Shown here one piece after another: positions 11,451 through 25,143 of a DNA stretch of 64,000 nt. Source of the DNA: Macrostomum lignano (Eukaryota); assembly GCA_002269645.1 (NCBI GenBank), contig NIVC01002583.1, positions 1-64,000 on the forward strand, read 5' to 3'. The stretch's first letter is position 1. Each line of letters starts with the position of its first letter. Below the pieces are notes generated by a model. That model ran no database searches. It was given only the letters and a program-made list of their open reading frames with translations, and was not told the origin of the DNA. The translations under genes and the position numbers were made by a program.

Positions 11451-14400
11451 GTTCGAGAATAGCAAACCTATCAATGCATTTCTAGATTATCCGCGCCTTA
11501 AATGAACTACCAGTCTGTGAAGATTAAAACTATGATTAGCTAGTCTATCTGTCTGTCTGTCCGTCTTTTCTAGTCACAGCGGAGAGGCGACCCCGGCTCA
11601 AAAATAAGGGAGCCGCCCGTACACAGGCATGCAGTCACGTGATGCCCTGGAAGAGGGAGCGGGTGGCGGCCAGTGCCGGCCTTCCCCCTAGTCGGCGCCC
11701 AGACAACCCGCGCCCGCCAGGGTTTTGGGGCAGAGAGGGGGAGAGAGAAATAGGAAGGAAAGAAATGGAAAACAGCACGCAAGCTGAAAGACACAAGTCC
11801 AGAGCGGTCATGCACAGGAGGAGCACTTGATCAGCGGATGCTCCGACTAAAAGTCCTAGATCTGGCGAGCCAGTCCGGTTCCGCGAGCTCAATCCCCCCT
11901 CCCTGACGTCTCAGTTTTGTTTACCTGGGTTAAATAGGCCAGGTGATGCAAATAGTAAAATTATATAGCTGATGGCGTGCACAGCAGCATCAAAAGAGAC
12001 GAGAGACAGAAAAGTTCTACTGCCTCTTTTTAATCAACAAAAAATAGCTTCGCAGAAAGCGACCGACTTTAGTTATCGACAAAAACAAAAACTACGAAGT
12101 CTGACAAGTTCTATTGGTCTCGAAGTTTCAGCAATAGATCAGATAAGAATATTTCTAAAGAATTAGTTTGAATAAAAAATCGAACTTCTAATTACAAACG
12201 GAGTAAACAGACAAAACAGCTAACCGACAGTAAACTGCTTATCTTTGGTTAAGTAGAAACAGATTGGCAAAGCTTGGGTTCGAGACGGCTTGTCGGCTTA
12301 GTTATTAACAGTACAGAGTACAAGCCAAGGACACTGCTGCCAAATAAAAGATAAAAAAGAACACAAAAAGACAGGGACGGTCGCAGACGGCCCGAACGAG
12401 CAGAGAGAGGGACAGAGAGAGAGAGAGGGGGGGCAAGGGTGTCTGTAGCCTGCACACACGCAGCTGTACACGCATGAGCCCTCCGTCCCCATTAACACGA
12501 AGAAGCCACAAGGCACGCGAGTGAAGTAAAGGCAAGACTAAATGAGTAAGTGGAGAAGAGCAGGGGGCGGGGCGAGTAGCAAAGTCAGTCGTTGGGAAGG
12601 AGATGAAAGAGACTGTAGTCGCCTCGCCTTCAAACAAAAACTTCTAAAATCTCAAGTGCAGAAACAGTCGAAACCCATACAACTGCTGGCTGACTCGACA
12701 TTTTGATCGAAAATTATGAAAGCACAAAATGAATTGGGCAATTGGCCTTTGAATTCAATGTACTTTTTAACCTGGGTTTTTTGTGCTGTACCATCCTGAC
12801 TGTCTAAATCGCATTCTTTTTTTGCAAATCATTGTTTGCCGATCTAAACCAATTTTCACAGTTTGCACAATTTTCCCTAAAGTTTCCTGAAGTTTCCCAA
12901 GTACAATCGACTTCAGATCAGGACTCTCGACATGCTGATGCGACTACGCTTGAATTCTACCTTGGTTTGGTTTCCCTGGATTCCCTGCGACAAGAAGGAA
13001 AATTACAATTAAGTTATGACACGAATTTTCCCATGCCTAAACTGAATAGTTAGTGACTACTAATAGTAGGCACAGCAGGTCCAGCATTAAAAGTAAAGAT
13101 AATCTATAAGCATTTCAAACATTAACTAAAAACAAGCATAGTGTAGTATTCAACACTGCTAGACTACAATAAAATCTATATTAAAATCCATATTCAGAAG
13201 GTAGTGTAACTGCAAACAGTATGTAATACAAATATAATATACATAATTTACATAATATACTATAATACTTTTCTGTAAATAAAACAAAGGTTTTTTTACA
13301 AAAATATCTATATTCAAAATTTATTTAATGTTCTTTTTGTCCTTGGTTGAGTTTTATACACCTTGAAATTATTTAAATGTAGTTTGTTTATGTTTTGTAT
13401 AAATGAATAATACTCATAATCAATCTATCAGATATGAATAACAATCATAAGCTTTAGTAAAAAATCAATAAAGCAAAAATACTACATTTTAGTGTAGTTT
13501 AAGCCTAAAAAGAACAGTTCTATAACATTCATTGTCTGTGCTTAGGCATTTGGGTGAATAGTGATTAGGTTATTAAAGGTTCCTTTTTGGTTACAAATTA
13601 TATGTATTTATCATTAGCTATCATGCTAGCTACACAAAATCTGCAATAACAAACTAAAGTCAAATAAATAAATGTTTTTTTATCTTTTTATTTAACTAAG
13701 GCCTATATAGAAACAAAATGTCTAGTTTTTATGAAACTATTAACCAAAGCATCTGTTTACCAAAACATCTAGTTGCCAAAATAAATGCTTAGGAGGAAGC
13801 TTTGCTTTTTATCTTTTTTAAAATTTAAAGGAATAAAGGAATTTATAATATAAGCATATTTTATTCCAAGTTAAAAATAAAATATTCTATTACAAAGAAG
13901 TTATATCTGCTACTGAAATTATTTATAAACTAAAGTTTTTAGTTTAAAATGACAAATTACTTTAAAATGGCAATGCCATTATTTTAAATATGCTTTAATA
14001 GCAATTGTTACTTATTTAGTCATTAGGCAAATATTTCATCATTAAGGACTTCAATGAGGGTCCTATGAGTGCCTATGACTTGCCCATTTGTAAAAAACAA
14101 AATTTGATTTGTAAAAACTGCTTCGAGTAAATGTATTACAAGCATACTGATCCCATCAATGGGTATATTGCCTAGCTCCATGAAAGTATGAAATTGCTAA
14201 ACTGCAGACAATTCTGAAAAAAACTGCTGAAGGTATTGCTAAATGCTGAGTTTTGCAAGACTGCCAATATGTATTGAAAATTCATTAGTGAGCCATAAAA
14301 TACTGAGCAAATTGCAGTTTGCAGAGGAGACTGAGGAGCCAGCCAAGAGGAGAACTGCAGGCTGCTGAGAGGATGAATGAAAATTGTTAATAGAACAGTT

Positions 14401-14499
14401 GTAGACTGAAAATGGAATGACTGCAGACTGCTGAGGGGAACTGCAGATTGTCAAAGGGATCATTGCAAATTGCAGAGGGGAAAACTTCAAACTATTGAG

Positions 14500-16221
14500 G
14501 TAAAAAACCTCAAGACTTTTGCAAAGTTCAAGCAAAATTTTTGACTTGAAATGTATTGTAAGAATGAGAGGAAAACTTGACTGACTGAATTTCAATTCTG
14601 ATAAAGATTGCATCACAACAAGTTGAAAACAGTGTCAAAAAATGCACACACGACTTGATTTAAATTGCGTAACCAATATTACTAACTTAAATTGAGGCTG
14701 ACTGAGAAATTGATTATGTCATAAATTTTTACTCTAATTGACTTGCTGTAAGAATTGAAGTATAAGGGCAACAGTTCATTTTCTCCAATTCAAAAGAGAT
14801 AGCCTAGATGTGAACAGACTGGACTGCTAATGTAGCAACCTGGGTTCAAATCTTAGTAGTGCAAAATGATTTTTTTATTAAAACACCTTAAAAACACAAA
14901 ATGCTAAACATAAAAGAAGCGCAATTCCAAACATAAAAGTGGCACCATTTTAAATATTATAGAGCCACCATGCCATAAATAAAAGAGCCACTATGCCAAA
15001 CATAAAAGAGCCACCATGTCGAACATTAAAGAGCCACAATGCCAAATATAAGAGCCACCATGTCAAATATTAAAGAGCCACCATGTCAAACAAAAAAAAG
15101 AGCCATCATGTCAAACATAAAAGAACCATCATGGCAAACATAAAAGAGCCACCATGTCAATCATACATGTGACTCAATGTCAAACATTTAACATAAAAGA
15201 GACACCATGCCACACATAAGGGAGCCACTATGTCAAACATATACGTGACTCCATTTCAAACATTAAAGAGCCACCATGTCAAACATAACAGAGACACCAT
15301 TTCAAACATAAAAGGGGTGCCATGGCAAACATAGAAGAGCCACCACGGCTCACCATGTCAACATTAAAAAGCCACCATGTCAAACATTAAAGAGCTATCA
15401 TGTCAAACAAAAAAGCCACCATGTCAAACATAGAAGAGCCACCATGTCAAACAATAAAGAGCCACTATGTCAAACACAAAAAGCCACTATGTCAAACATA
15501 GAAGAGCCACCATGTCAAACATTAATGAGCCACCATGTCAAACATTAAAGAGCCAACATGTCAGACACAAAAGAGCCACCATGTCAAACATAAAAGACAC
15601 TGTTTCAAACATAAAAAGAAGTGTCATGCCAAACAAAATGGAGCCACTATAAAGCTAAGGAAATTGTTGCACTAGCTACTTGTTTTGCTGCTTGATACTT
15701 GCTATTTAAGTATGGATACTTGCTATCAGGGGTGCTTGCTTTCTGAGGGATGCTTGCTATTGGAAGGATGCTTGCTACTGGGGTAACTTGCTATTGGGAG
15801 ATGCTTGCTCTTGGGGGGCAGAGGGTACTTGCTATCTGAGAGGGGGTTGTTAGATATCTATAAGGTCTCTTTGTATCCAGGTTATGCTTGCTATCTGGGG
15901 TTGCTTGCAGTCTGGGGATGCTTGTGGTCTGGGGGATGCTTGCTATCTAGGGTTGCTTGCTATAGGGTTGCTTGGGGGGATGCTTGCTATCTGGGAGATG
16001 CTTGCTATCTGGGGGATGCTTGCAGTCTGGGGGATGCTTGCTATTTGGGGATCGATGCTTGAATGCTGTCTGAGGATACTTGCTGTCTTGGGATGTTTTG
16101 TTTTTAAAGGGAATGTCTATTGTTTTTTATGAAGGCTTTATTTTGCTATCTATTTGTTATTTGTAAAGAACAGGATTCTATCTAGATGTCCCCCATCAAG
16201 GGGGGGGGTGAAGATTGCTAG
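14500..16221 (+). mobile_element. Non-autonomous Helitron-like element, copy 1 (5' end uncertain)
   Basis: 3' end has the CCCCC-ATCAA-GGGGG hairpin (16190-16208) followed by GAAGATTGCTAG|T (CTAG at 16218-16221). The body is the reverse complement of 16290-18360. It carries minisatellites at ~14900-15650 and ~15700-16090. Confidence 0.72.
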
Positions 16222-19200
16222 TCCATCTATCTAAATATACTAAAAATGGTCTGTCTGTGGGTATGCCATCAATTTTTAGCAAAAACTAGCATCTGTATAG
16301 AATCTCTGCTTTTTACAAGTAACAAAAAGATCGCCAAATAAAGCCTTCACAAAAACAGACAAAATACTCGAATGAAGTGCAATGCAAAAAGAAATCATCC
16401 CAAGACAGCAAGCATCCCCCAGATAGCAAGCATCCCCTAGATTGCAAGCATCCCCCGATAGCAAGCATGCCCCAGATAGCAAGCATCCCTCAGATAGCAA
16501 GCATCCCCAGATAGCAAGCATCCCCCAGATAGCAAGCATCCCCCAGATAGCAAGCATCCCCCAGATAGAAAGCACCCCCAAATAGCAAGCATCCCCCAGA
16601 TAGCAAGCATCCCCCAGAGAGCAAGCATCCCCCAGATAGATAGTGTGAGCCATTGATTTGCTATAGAGCGCCCACCCCATTTTTCTGGGTCCGTACGTCA
16701 GCCGGCTTTCTCTCTCTAACTCTCGCCCCCTTATCTGTACTCGTAGTAAGCAAAGTGTACATTTACGACCACCACCCCACGCAATGCAGTAGCCGACTAA
16801 ATATTAAATAAATAACATCGTCTCGCCCACTGTGGCTTTCGTACTTCTTCGTGCAATTGCCAAATCATGCATTAAACTCTTACAGATAGCATCCCCAAAT
16901 AGCAAGCATCCACCAGACAATAAGTAGCTATTGCGACAATTTCCTTAGCATTATAGTGGCTCCTTTAAAATTCGCTTACTTTTACATTTGAAATTGTGTA
17001 TCTTTTATGCTTGATATGGTGGCTCTTTAATATTTGACATGGTGGCTCTTTTATGTTCTACATGGTAACTCTTTTATGTTTGATACGGTGGCTTTGCAAT
17101 GTCTGACATGGTGGCTCTTCTATGTTTGACATGGTGGCTTTGCAATGTCTGACATGGTGGCTCTTCTATGTTTGACATGGTGGCTCTTCTATGTTTGACA
17201 TGGTGGCTCTTCTATGTTTGACATGGTGGCTCTTCTATGTTTGACATTGTGGCTCTTTAATGTTTAACATGGTGGCTCTTTTATGTTAGACATGGTGGCT
17301 CTTTTAGGTTTGACATGATGGCACATTTATGTTTTTACATGGTGGCTCTTTTATGTTTTACATGGTGGCTCTTCTATGTTTGACATGGTGGCTATTTATT
17401 GTTTGACATGGTGGCTCTTTAATGTTCAACAAAGTGGCTCTTTAATGTTCTTCATGGTATAGCTCTTTTATGTTCGACATGGTGGCTCTTTAATGTTCAC
17501 AATGGTGGCTCTTTAATGTTTGACATAAAGTTACATATATGTTTGACATGGTGGCTTTAAATGTTTGACATGGTGGCTCTTAAATGTTTGACATGGTGGC
17601 TCTTAAATGTTTGACATGGTGGCTCGTAAATGTTTGACATGCTGGCTCTTAAATGTTAGACGTGGTGGCTCATTTATGTTTGACATGGTAGCTCTTAAAT
17701 GTTTGACATGGTGGCTCTTAAATGTTTGACATGGTGGCTCCTAAATGTTTGACATGGAGTCACATATATGTTTGACATGGTGGCTTTTTAATCTTTGACA
17801 TGGAGTCACGTATATGTTTGACATGGTTTGACATGGTACTTCTTTTATGTTTGGCATGGTGGCTCTTTTATGTTTGACATGGTAACTCTTTTATATTCGA
17901 TATGGTGGCTCTTTAATGTTTGACATGGTGGCTCTTCTATGTTTGATATTGTGCTTCTTTTATGTTTTAAGATGTTTTAATAAAAAAAATCCTTTTTGCA
18001 CTACTAAGATTCAAACCTAGGTTGCTACATTAGCAGTCCAGTCTGTTCGCATCAGGGCTATCTCTTTTCAATTGGAAAACATGAATTGTGGCCTTTATAA
18101 TTCAATTCTTACAGCAAGTCAATTGGAGTAAAAAGTTATGACATAATCAATTTCTCAGTCAGCCAGTATCAGCCTCAATTTAAGTTAGCAATATGGTTAC
18201 ACAATTTAAATCAAGTCGTGTGTGCATTTCTTCGGCACTATTTTCAACTTGTTGTGATGCAATCTTTATCACAATCAAATTCAGCCAGTCAGGTTTTTCT
18301 CTAGCATTCTTACAATGCATTTCAAGTTGAACATTTTGCTTGACCTTTGCAAAAAAGCATGTTTTTCGAATATTTAATCCCTTTAAAATTGAGCAATTTC
18401 TTAGCCAAGATGCATGTACCATCCCAGAAAAATTTCTGATCGAATGGTGCAAGTTTGAAGAAAATCGGTTAAGCCATTTTTCTGAAATCTATCTCACACA
18501 TACATACACACAGATTACTCATTTTTAGTATATTGGATTATGGACAAACATACAAATATTAGAGATTTAGTATATTTAGATGGCTTAACCAATTTTGTTT
18601 GAACTTGCATTGTTCAATTAGAAATTTTTCTGTGACAGTACATGCATCTTGGCTAAGAAATTGCTCAATGTCAAAGGGATTAAATATAAAAAACATGCTT
18701 TTTGCAAGGGTCAAGCAGCTCTTTCAAATTAAAATGCATTGTAAGAATGCTAGAGAAAAAACTGACTAGTTGAATTCTAATTCTTAAATGACATCACACC
18801 AGGCTTTTATTTATTGTCTGTATACTAGCCGAATTTTGACACTGAATTGAATTGTATCACAGTATTGAAAACACAGTGTGGAAGCATAGCCCATAACTTG
18901 ATTTATATTGTATAACCACATTGCTTAACTTTAATAGAAACTAGTACTAACTTGCCTAAGAAATTAATTATGCCATAGCTGCTTTGTGTAACTTTTACTC
19001 AATTGACTTGGTGTGAGTGTTGAATTATAAGTGCTACAAATTCATTTATAAATTCAATGAGAGCTAGACTAGAGGTAAACAGATTAGACTGCTAATGCAG
19101 CAACCTGGGTTTGAATCTTAGTAGTGTAAAAGAGTATAAAGAGTATAAAAGTAGTAAAATTTTCTTTTTATGCGCTTGATAAACCAAGGATTACTGCACT

Positions 19201-19936
19201 TGATAGACCAAGGACTTTTGCACTTGATAAACCAAGAATTATAAGATAGACCAAAGATTTCTACACTTGATAAACCAAGGATTACTTTGTTTGATAAGCT
19301 AAGGATTCCGCACTTAATAAACCAAGAATTACTGCACTTGATAAACCAAGGATTACTTCGCTTGATAAGCCAAGGATTACTGCACTTGATAAACCAAGGA
19401 TTATTGCACTTGATAAACCAAGAATTACTGCACTTGATAAGGCAAGGATTACTTTGCTTGATAAGCCAAGGATTACTGCGCTTGATAAACCAAAGATTTT
19501 TGCACTTGATAAGCCAAGGATTACTTTGTTTGATAAGCCAAGGATTTCTATACTTAATAAACCAAGAATTGTTTAGTTTGATAAGCCAAGGGTTAAGCCA
19601 AGGATTCTCTTAATATCTGGGGGATATTTGCTATTTGCAGTTGCTTACTTTTGGAGGGGGTACTTGCTGTCTTGGGAATATTTTCTATCTAGGGGGAATG
19701 TCTATTATCTTTGTGAAAGCTATATTCTGTTTGTCTATTTGTTAATTTTAGAAAAAAGAGATTCATAGCAAACGTTTTTGAATGTGAAAATTTTTACTCC
19801 AATAAAGTGATTTTTAAAAGTGAAGAAAAAATTGGTATTTAAGAAAATGTGCTTTTTTTAATTTTTTCCATGAACTATTTTTGCTCCTTGCTTATTGGGC
19901 GCCCATAGGCCAAAGGGGGCCATACAAGATTGCTAG
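16222..19936 (+). mobile_element. Non-autonomous Helitron-like element, copy 3 (16222-16285 + 18538-19936, split by copy 2)
   Basis: 5' TCCATCTATCTAAATATACTAAAAATG directly follows copy 1's CTAG. The body resumes at 18538 (ATGGCTTAACCAATTTTG...). 3' GGCC-AAAGGG-GGCC hairpin then CAAGATTGCTAG|T at 19933-19936. It carries a 24-bp array at ~19170-19610. Confidence 0.68.
16286..18537 (-). mobile_element. Non-autonomous Helitron-like element, copy 2 (antisense, nested in copy 3)
   Basis: Minus-strand 5' end A|TCCAATATACTAAAAATG..., internal AATGGCTTAACCGATTTTCTTCAAACTTGCAC motif, 3' end GCTAG|T. Inserted at an A|T junction with no TSD; the 3' hairpin is deleted. Confidence 0.75.
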
Positions 19937-20066
19937 TAGATTGCTAAAACATAAAATTATCATATTATACTGGACATAAAAATTGGTTCAAAAAAGTTTT
20001 ATCAAAAATTAAAAAAATATGAAATGTAAAACATTCTATTGATAATTTAGCCCAGGCTAGGCTAAG

Positions 20067-22182
20067 GGTTCCAGGTCATTTCATCAAAAACCTTTTCATC
20101 AAAAGCCTTTTCTTCAAAAAGTCATTTGGTTTTTTTGTCAAATGGTTTAAGATAAAATCGAGCTTTTATTTTAAATTAAAGTGAAAATAATTTTGAAGTA
20201 AACAATTTAGGATAAAATATATCTAAACGACTTTACAACTAATTTTTAAGTGAATTGTTTCTAAAAAACATGCATATATTCAAAAAGTAATTGCTTTTTA
20301 CTTTTTTGCTTAGCTGATTGCATGAAATAAATAGTCATTTTATTGTAATTATGCTTTTAGCTCTTGATTTTTACTCTTGTCATTTAGTTCTTAATTTTAT
20401 TTTATGATTATTTGATTAGCTAATTTATAAAATATTCATTTTAGCATAATTTTGGTTATTTTTATAGGTAGAGATTATTTTGATCGGCTGCGCAATTGAC
20501 AATTATTAATTTTTTTTATGCCACAAACAAGGCAGATATCTCACTGTCCTGAGTGTAGAAAGGCAGTGAGAAATTCTAACCCAGCAATTGACTGTGATGC
20601 CTGTGGTAAATAGTACCATATTACCTACAAGACAGGCATCAGCATGCAGGAGTATAGCAGACTGCAGAAGGTAGCAGAAGAGTTTGAGTTTATCTGCTGG
20701 AAATGCCAGTCTGTACCTGCCACTGTGCCTGTGCCAGCCCCAGCGTCTATGCTAGCCATTGTGTCTACACCTATTTGAATTCAAATGGTGCTGGGGATGT
20801 GCACTGGATGGCCTACTGATATGAGTTTTGGCTACTCTGTATATGTACATTTTTTGTTTTTCTAATTTTTCCATTATTGGACTTTATTAATGCCTTCCTG
20901 CCAGAACTCCTTCCTGCCAGAGCTGCCTGCCTCTCCACCAGAGCTGCCTGCCTCTCCACCAGAGCTGCTTGCCTCTCTACCAGAGCTGCTACCACCTATG
21001 GGCTTTGGTGATGATGACAAAGACGAAGGTCCTAAGCAATTCCATGTTGCACCAGGCACTAGTGCAAGGAATGCAAACCTTCTTGTCTCGTCTCATGGCT
21101 ACAGCTTGGGTAGGAATAGAGGATATAAAGGCAGCAAGTATTGGAGGTATACAGTTTGAAATGGCACTGTTGGCTTAGCGCCTGCTTATAAACACCAGCC
21201 AGATGTAAGAAGTTTCTGCCAAAAACTGATGGCCCTGCTATATTTGCTGGCGCACAATATGCGTGCGGCATTTGATAGCCTTCGACCTCCAGCCTCCACT
21301 GGAAAAATGATGGCTCTGTATGACTATGTAGGCCACAAATGGCTTGAAAGCTCTGTGTGGACTTTGGTGGAGCTGTCTGCCTTTAATAAGACAGAGTGGA
21401 CAAATAACGCATGTGAAGGCTGGCACTCTGGCTTCACAAAATGTGCCAGTATGCGCAACCTTAACCTGTACTGCCTAGCAAACCTTCTGTACAACCAGGC
21501 AAAAGAGGTATCGCTAGGCCTAGTTGCCAGGGGCATAGCTCCTGCAACTCAGCAGCGCTTGCGAGTTGAATTCTGCCAGTGCAAGGCAAGGCTGCAAGAA
21601 GCATCGTAGGTATACTACACTGGTGGCTGCATAGTTGCTCAGCGACTAGGCTGCTCTAATTGGCAGTGGCGATTGATTTTACTTTGCAATAGTATCTTTG
21701 AACTTTGAATTGCATTTTTAATTTTGCAACTTTTTCCCTTAGCTTTGTGTATGGACACAGTATTTTACTTTGTGAAATTACTATTATTACTATTATTATA
21801 CTACTATTGTTGTCATAAAAATTGACACCATGGTACAATTTGTTTCGATATTTTGCCAACAAATATACTGACAACAACTTTGATTTTGAATAATCAATAA
21901 TCAACTATTGCTTTATATGTAATAATATTTTTGACGCAATAAAGAGTATAAAAATAGGTGTGTTTCTTAGAAGCACTTGCTTTGAAATGAAAAAGAAGTT
22001 TTAAAAATTAAAATAGTTTTTCTTAGAAACATCCCTTAAAACAAGTGTTATACTTCTACAGTATCTGTTTACAACACTGACAAAATGACTATTTGACAAA
22101 AAGGCTTTTGACGAAATAACCAAATGACTTTTTGAAGAAAAGGCTTTTGAGGAAAAGTTTTTTGACAAAATGACTGGTCACC
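20067..22182 (+). mobile_element. Mutator-like (MULE) DNA transposon relic encoding a degenerate PHD finger, FLYWCH-like domain and transposase C-terminus
   Basis: TIRs GGTTCCAGGTCATTTCATCAAAAACC... and ...TTTTGACAAAATGACTGGTCACC. 8-9 bp TSD AGGCTAAG(G) at 20059 and 22183. PHD-like CPECRKAV...IDCDACGK*YH..TGIS...FICWKC (20518-20710), FLYWCH-like LLVSSHGYSL...YW (~21060-21155), and TNNACEGWH MULE catalytic-Glu motif (~21400). Confidence 0.85.
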
Positions 22183-23654
22183 AGGCTAAGGCTTAGGCCT
22201 ACAATGTCAAAGCCAGATAAAGTCTAGGCTTAGCCTAGGCCTATTCATTTATTTATAAAATAAAAAGTAAAATAGCCTAGCTTCAATGGCTTTAAGACAA
22301 GCATAACTTGGGTTGGGCCTATATATAAAGCCAAAAAGACTTAAAAAATTAGATTTTGTAAAAATAATAGGCCTTTTAATATGTTTAGACTTAATTTAGC
22401 TTATAGCCATATAGATAGCTATACTATAGATCTATTTGATAATTTATAAAGGCTTAAAGCAAAGGAATAATTTCATTATACTATATTTATTATAAAATTG
22501 CATGATTTTTGTTTTAATATAGGCCTATAAAATAACTTAACAAAAATATTTAGGGCTATAGAAAGCCCACCTAGGCCTATGGCATGCATAGCGCAGCTGC
22601 ACAGGGTCTATATAGAAGTAAATATGCCTACTACAACTAGCTCCCTAGATTATATCATTATATTATTAGATGTTGGCAGCTAAGTTTAGGGCTTGGGCTT
22701 AGTGTTAGTTGGCTAGTACTAGGGGGTCTCGTAGTAGTAGCACTGTATCACTATCCATTGGCATTACAATGTTTAAGGCTTTTTATTGAATGCAATTAGC
22801 TGATAGACAATGCCAAGGGGCAGGGCCAACATTGCATGGTGTCAGAGTGGTCAGACCGCGTCATATGCATGACACATGGTGGCCACAAGCTCTCTAGCAT
22901 GTCTAGTCTGGCTTAGTATAATAAATTAGGCCTACTATTAACAGCAACAGGGCCTGCGCTGCTTCGAAGCTAGAGCCCAGCAAGAACAGGCCCTACCACT
23001 ACCAGCAAGAGAAACCTCGATGTATTACAGTTTGATATGAACGATAATATGAGACCTAGCATTCGTAATTTTTCTACTATAACTAACATCTCTACTGCGA
23101 ACTGAATCGTTTTATTCACTCACTCATTCAGGCATTTGCGATTGCATGGTGTTTTGTTGTGATTTTTCAGAGAACTTTTGCATTCTAAACGCTAATGTTA
23201 ACAAAAAATTGTATTTTATTGAATTAAAGTGCGTTGAGAAGACATTACTTGGGAGCCCATCAAAAATTCTTGTTTTATGCAAAGCGAATGAATAATCATT
23301 GATTCATTTGTTTAAAATAAGCTTTTTCGATCGCAAAGCTAAGTGCATTAAAGCTGGAATGCAGAACTGGGAACCAAAGACCCCTGCACTGTAGTACAAC
23401 AGTTGTAATTATAGTGGTCCTTGCTAAGGACGTAAAATGTGTCGCATTTTACATTTTTCAATCAGAACTTTATGACCTAATAAAATTCCAGCTACAATAT
23501 TAAAAAGCACCTTTATATTCATAGCTAACAATACATTAATCGTTTTCTATACTGCGTTTTCTATTTGTATTAATCTGTTCCCCATTGCCGAACTCAAGGA
23601 CGACTTAAGTCCTTGGGTCCAGCTTCAGTTGTCTATGCTGTAGTTTTTCTCGAC

Positions 23655-23663
23655 CTGTTCTTC

Positions 23664-23759
<96 letters not shown>

Positions 23760-23782
23760 TAGTGTCTGACTGTCTGTCTGAC

Positions 23783-23819
<37 letters not shown>

Positions 23820-23862
23820 TAGTGTCTGACTGTCTGTCTGACTGTCTGTCTGTCTGTTTGCC

Positions 23863-23897
<35 letters not shown>

Positions 23898-23898
23898 T
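23655..23898. repeat. (CTGT)n microsatellite
   Basis: Direct reading. Confidence 0.98.
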
Positions 23899-25143
23899 TT
23901 TCATATTCATCAAACTGCTTTTCACTCCATTCAGAAACACGAGGATGAGACAGAAACCCTACTCTTAAAAATTAGTGTGTATAGGCACTATACTTAGGTG
24001 CAGATACTATAGTTTCGTACATTTTATTAAGGCTGTAAGGCATGCAGTGCCGTCTTGATGATAATAATATTTAGCAGTCTCTCTCTGACAACAGAAGACA
24101 ACAATTCAAGATCGTTGAAAGAGGAAAACCTATTTACTCGATCAGCTGTACCTGTTCGTCTGATAAATTTCAACAGACTTTCAACAAGACTGCGTGTGTA
24201 GATACATGTACGTACGTGCGGGGTCTCTATTAGAATTCCGGAGCATTTTAATCGTCAATTTTCTAGGGAACTTAAAGTATTGTCGCATAATTCGCATAAT
24301 TCCTTCATTGGAATAATTTAGTCGTATTTTCCTTGACTAAATCTTTTTTCCGGTGTTGCAACACTAAGCAATCGGTAAAACAAATTAACAATAATTCTCG
24401 ACAAGTTTTTCAGCAGGGCAGATGCATGACAATACTATTATATCAGGACAATCACAGCCCAGACACAACCTAGTATCCAAAGTTAAAAACCATCTGATGC
24501 AATTTATAGCTCCCACAATATTTTTGCCCCAAGTGCAGGAGAAACACTGTTGTGGCTCTGTTTTGTCTGCTCTTCTCGATCCATTAGCTAAAGATTCCAA
24601 GTAAACATTCCACACAATAGCTTATGTCCCCAAGCAGCTGAGACAGAGAGCCCATCTGTTGGCGTGAAAACAGCTCTGCATGTTAGCTTTGGATACTTTG
24701 GTTTTTCTTTCTTCAGCAATGGTGGATTGTTTATCTGAGTTGAATAACCGCCGAAATATGAGCGCGCGAGTTTCCGACTGTTGTGTAACAAAGCCATTGT
24801 GAAAACCAAACAAGTGCATCGTACGTATATGTATTTTGCACAGATCACAGATAATTATTCCATTTAAGCTAATGCAAATATTTGGCGGGGTGGATAGATA
24901 TATTTATTATCATTAATCTTATTATTATTAATAATATTATTACTATTACTTGTTACTTTTTTTATGTTCATGGCAAATGGTGCCATTTTATCATTTTAAA
25001 TAATGTTTGAGCGACACGACTAAATTATTATAGCGAAAGAAAAATAGAAAAAGGCAAAAAAAGAAAAATAATAATTTACAATAATTTTAATAATAATTAA
25101 AAACTTAAACTACTCGTAAAATCGCGTACCCCAACAGTATTCC

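Noticed and set aside
22838-22856. TGGTGTCAGAGTGG, a PBS-like motif
   Set aside because: No adjacent LTR end or internal retroelement sequence could be identified.
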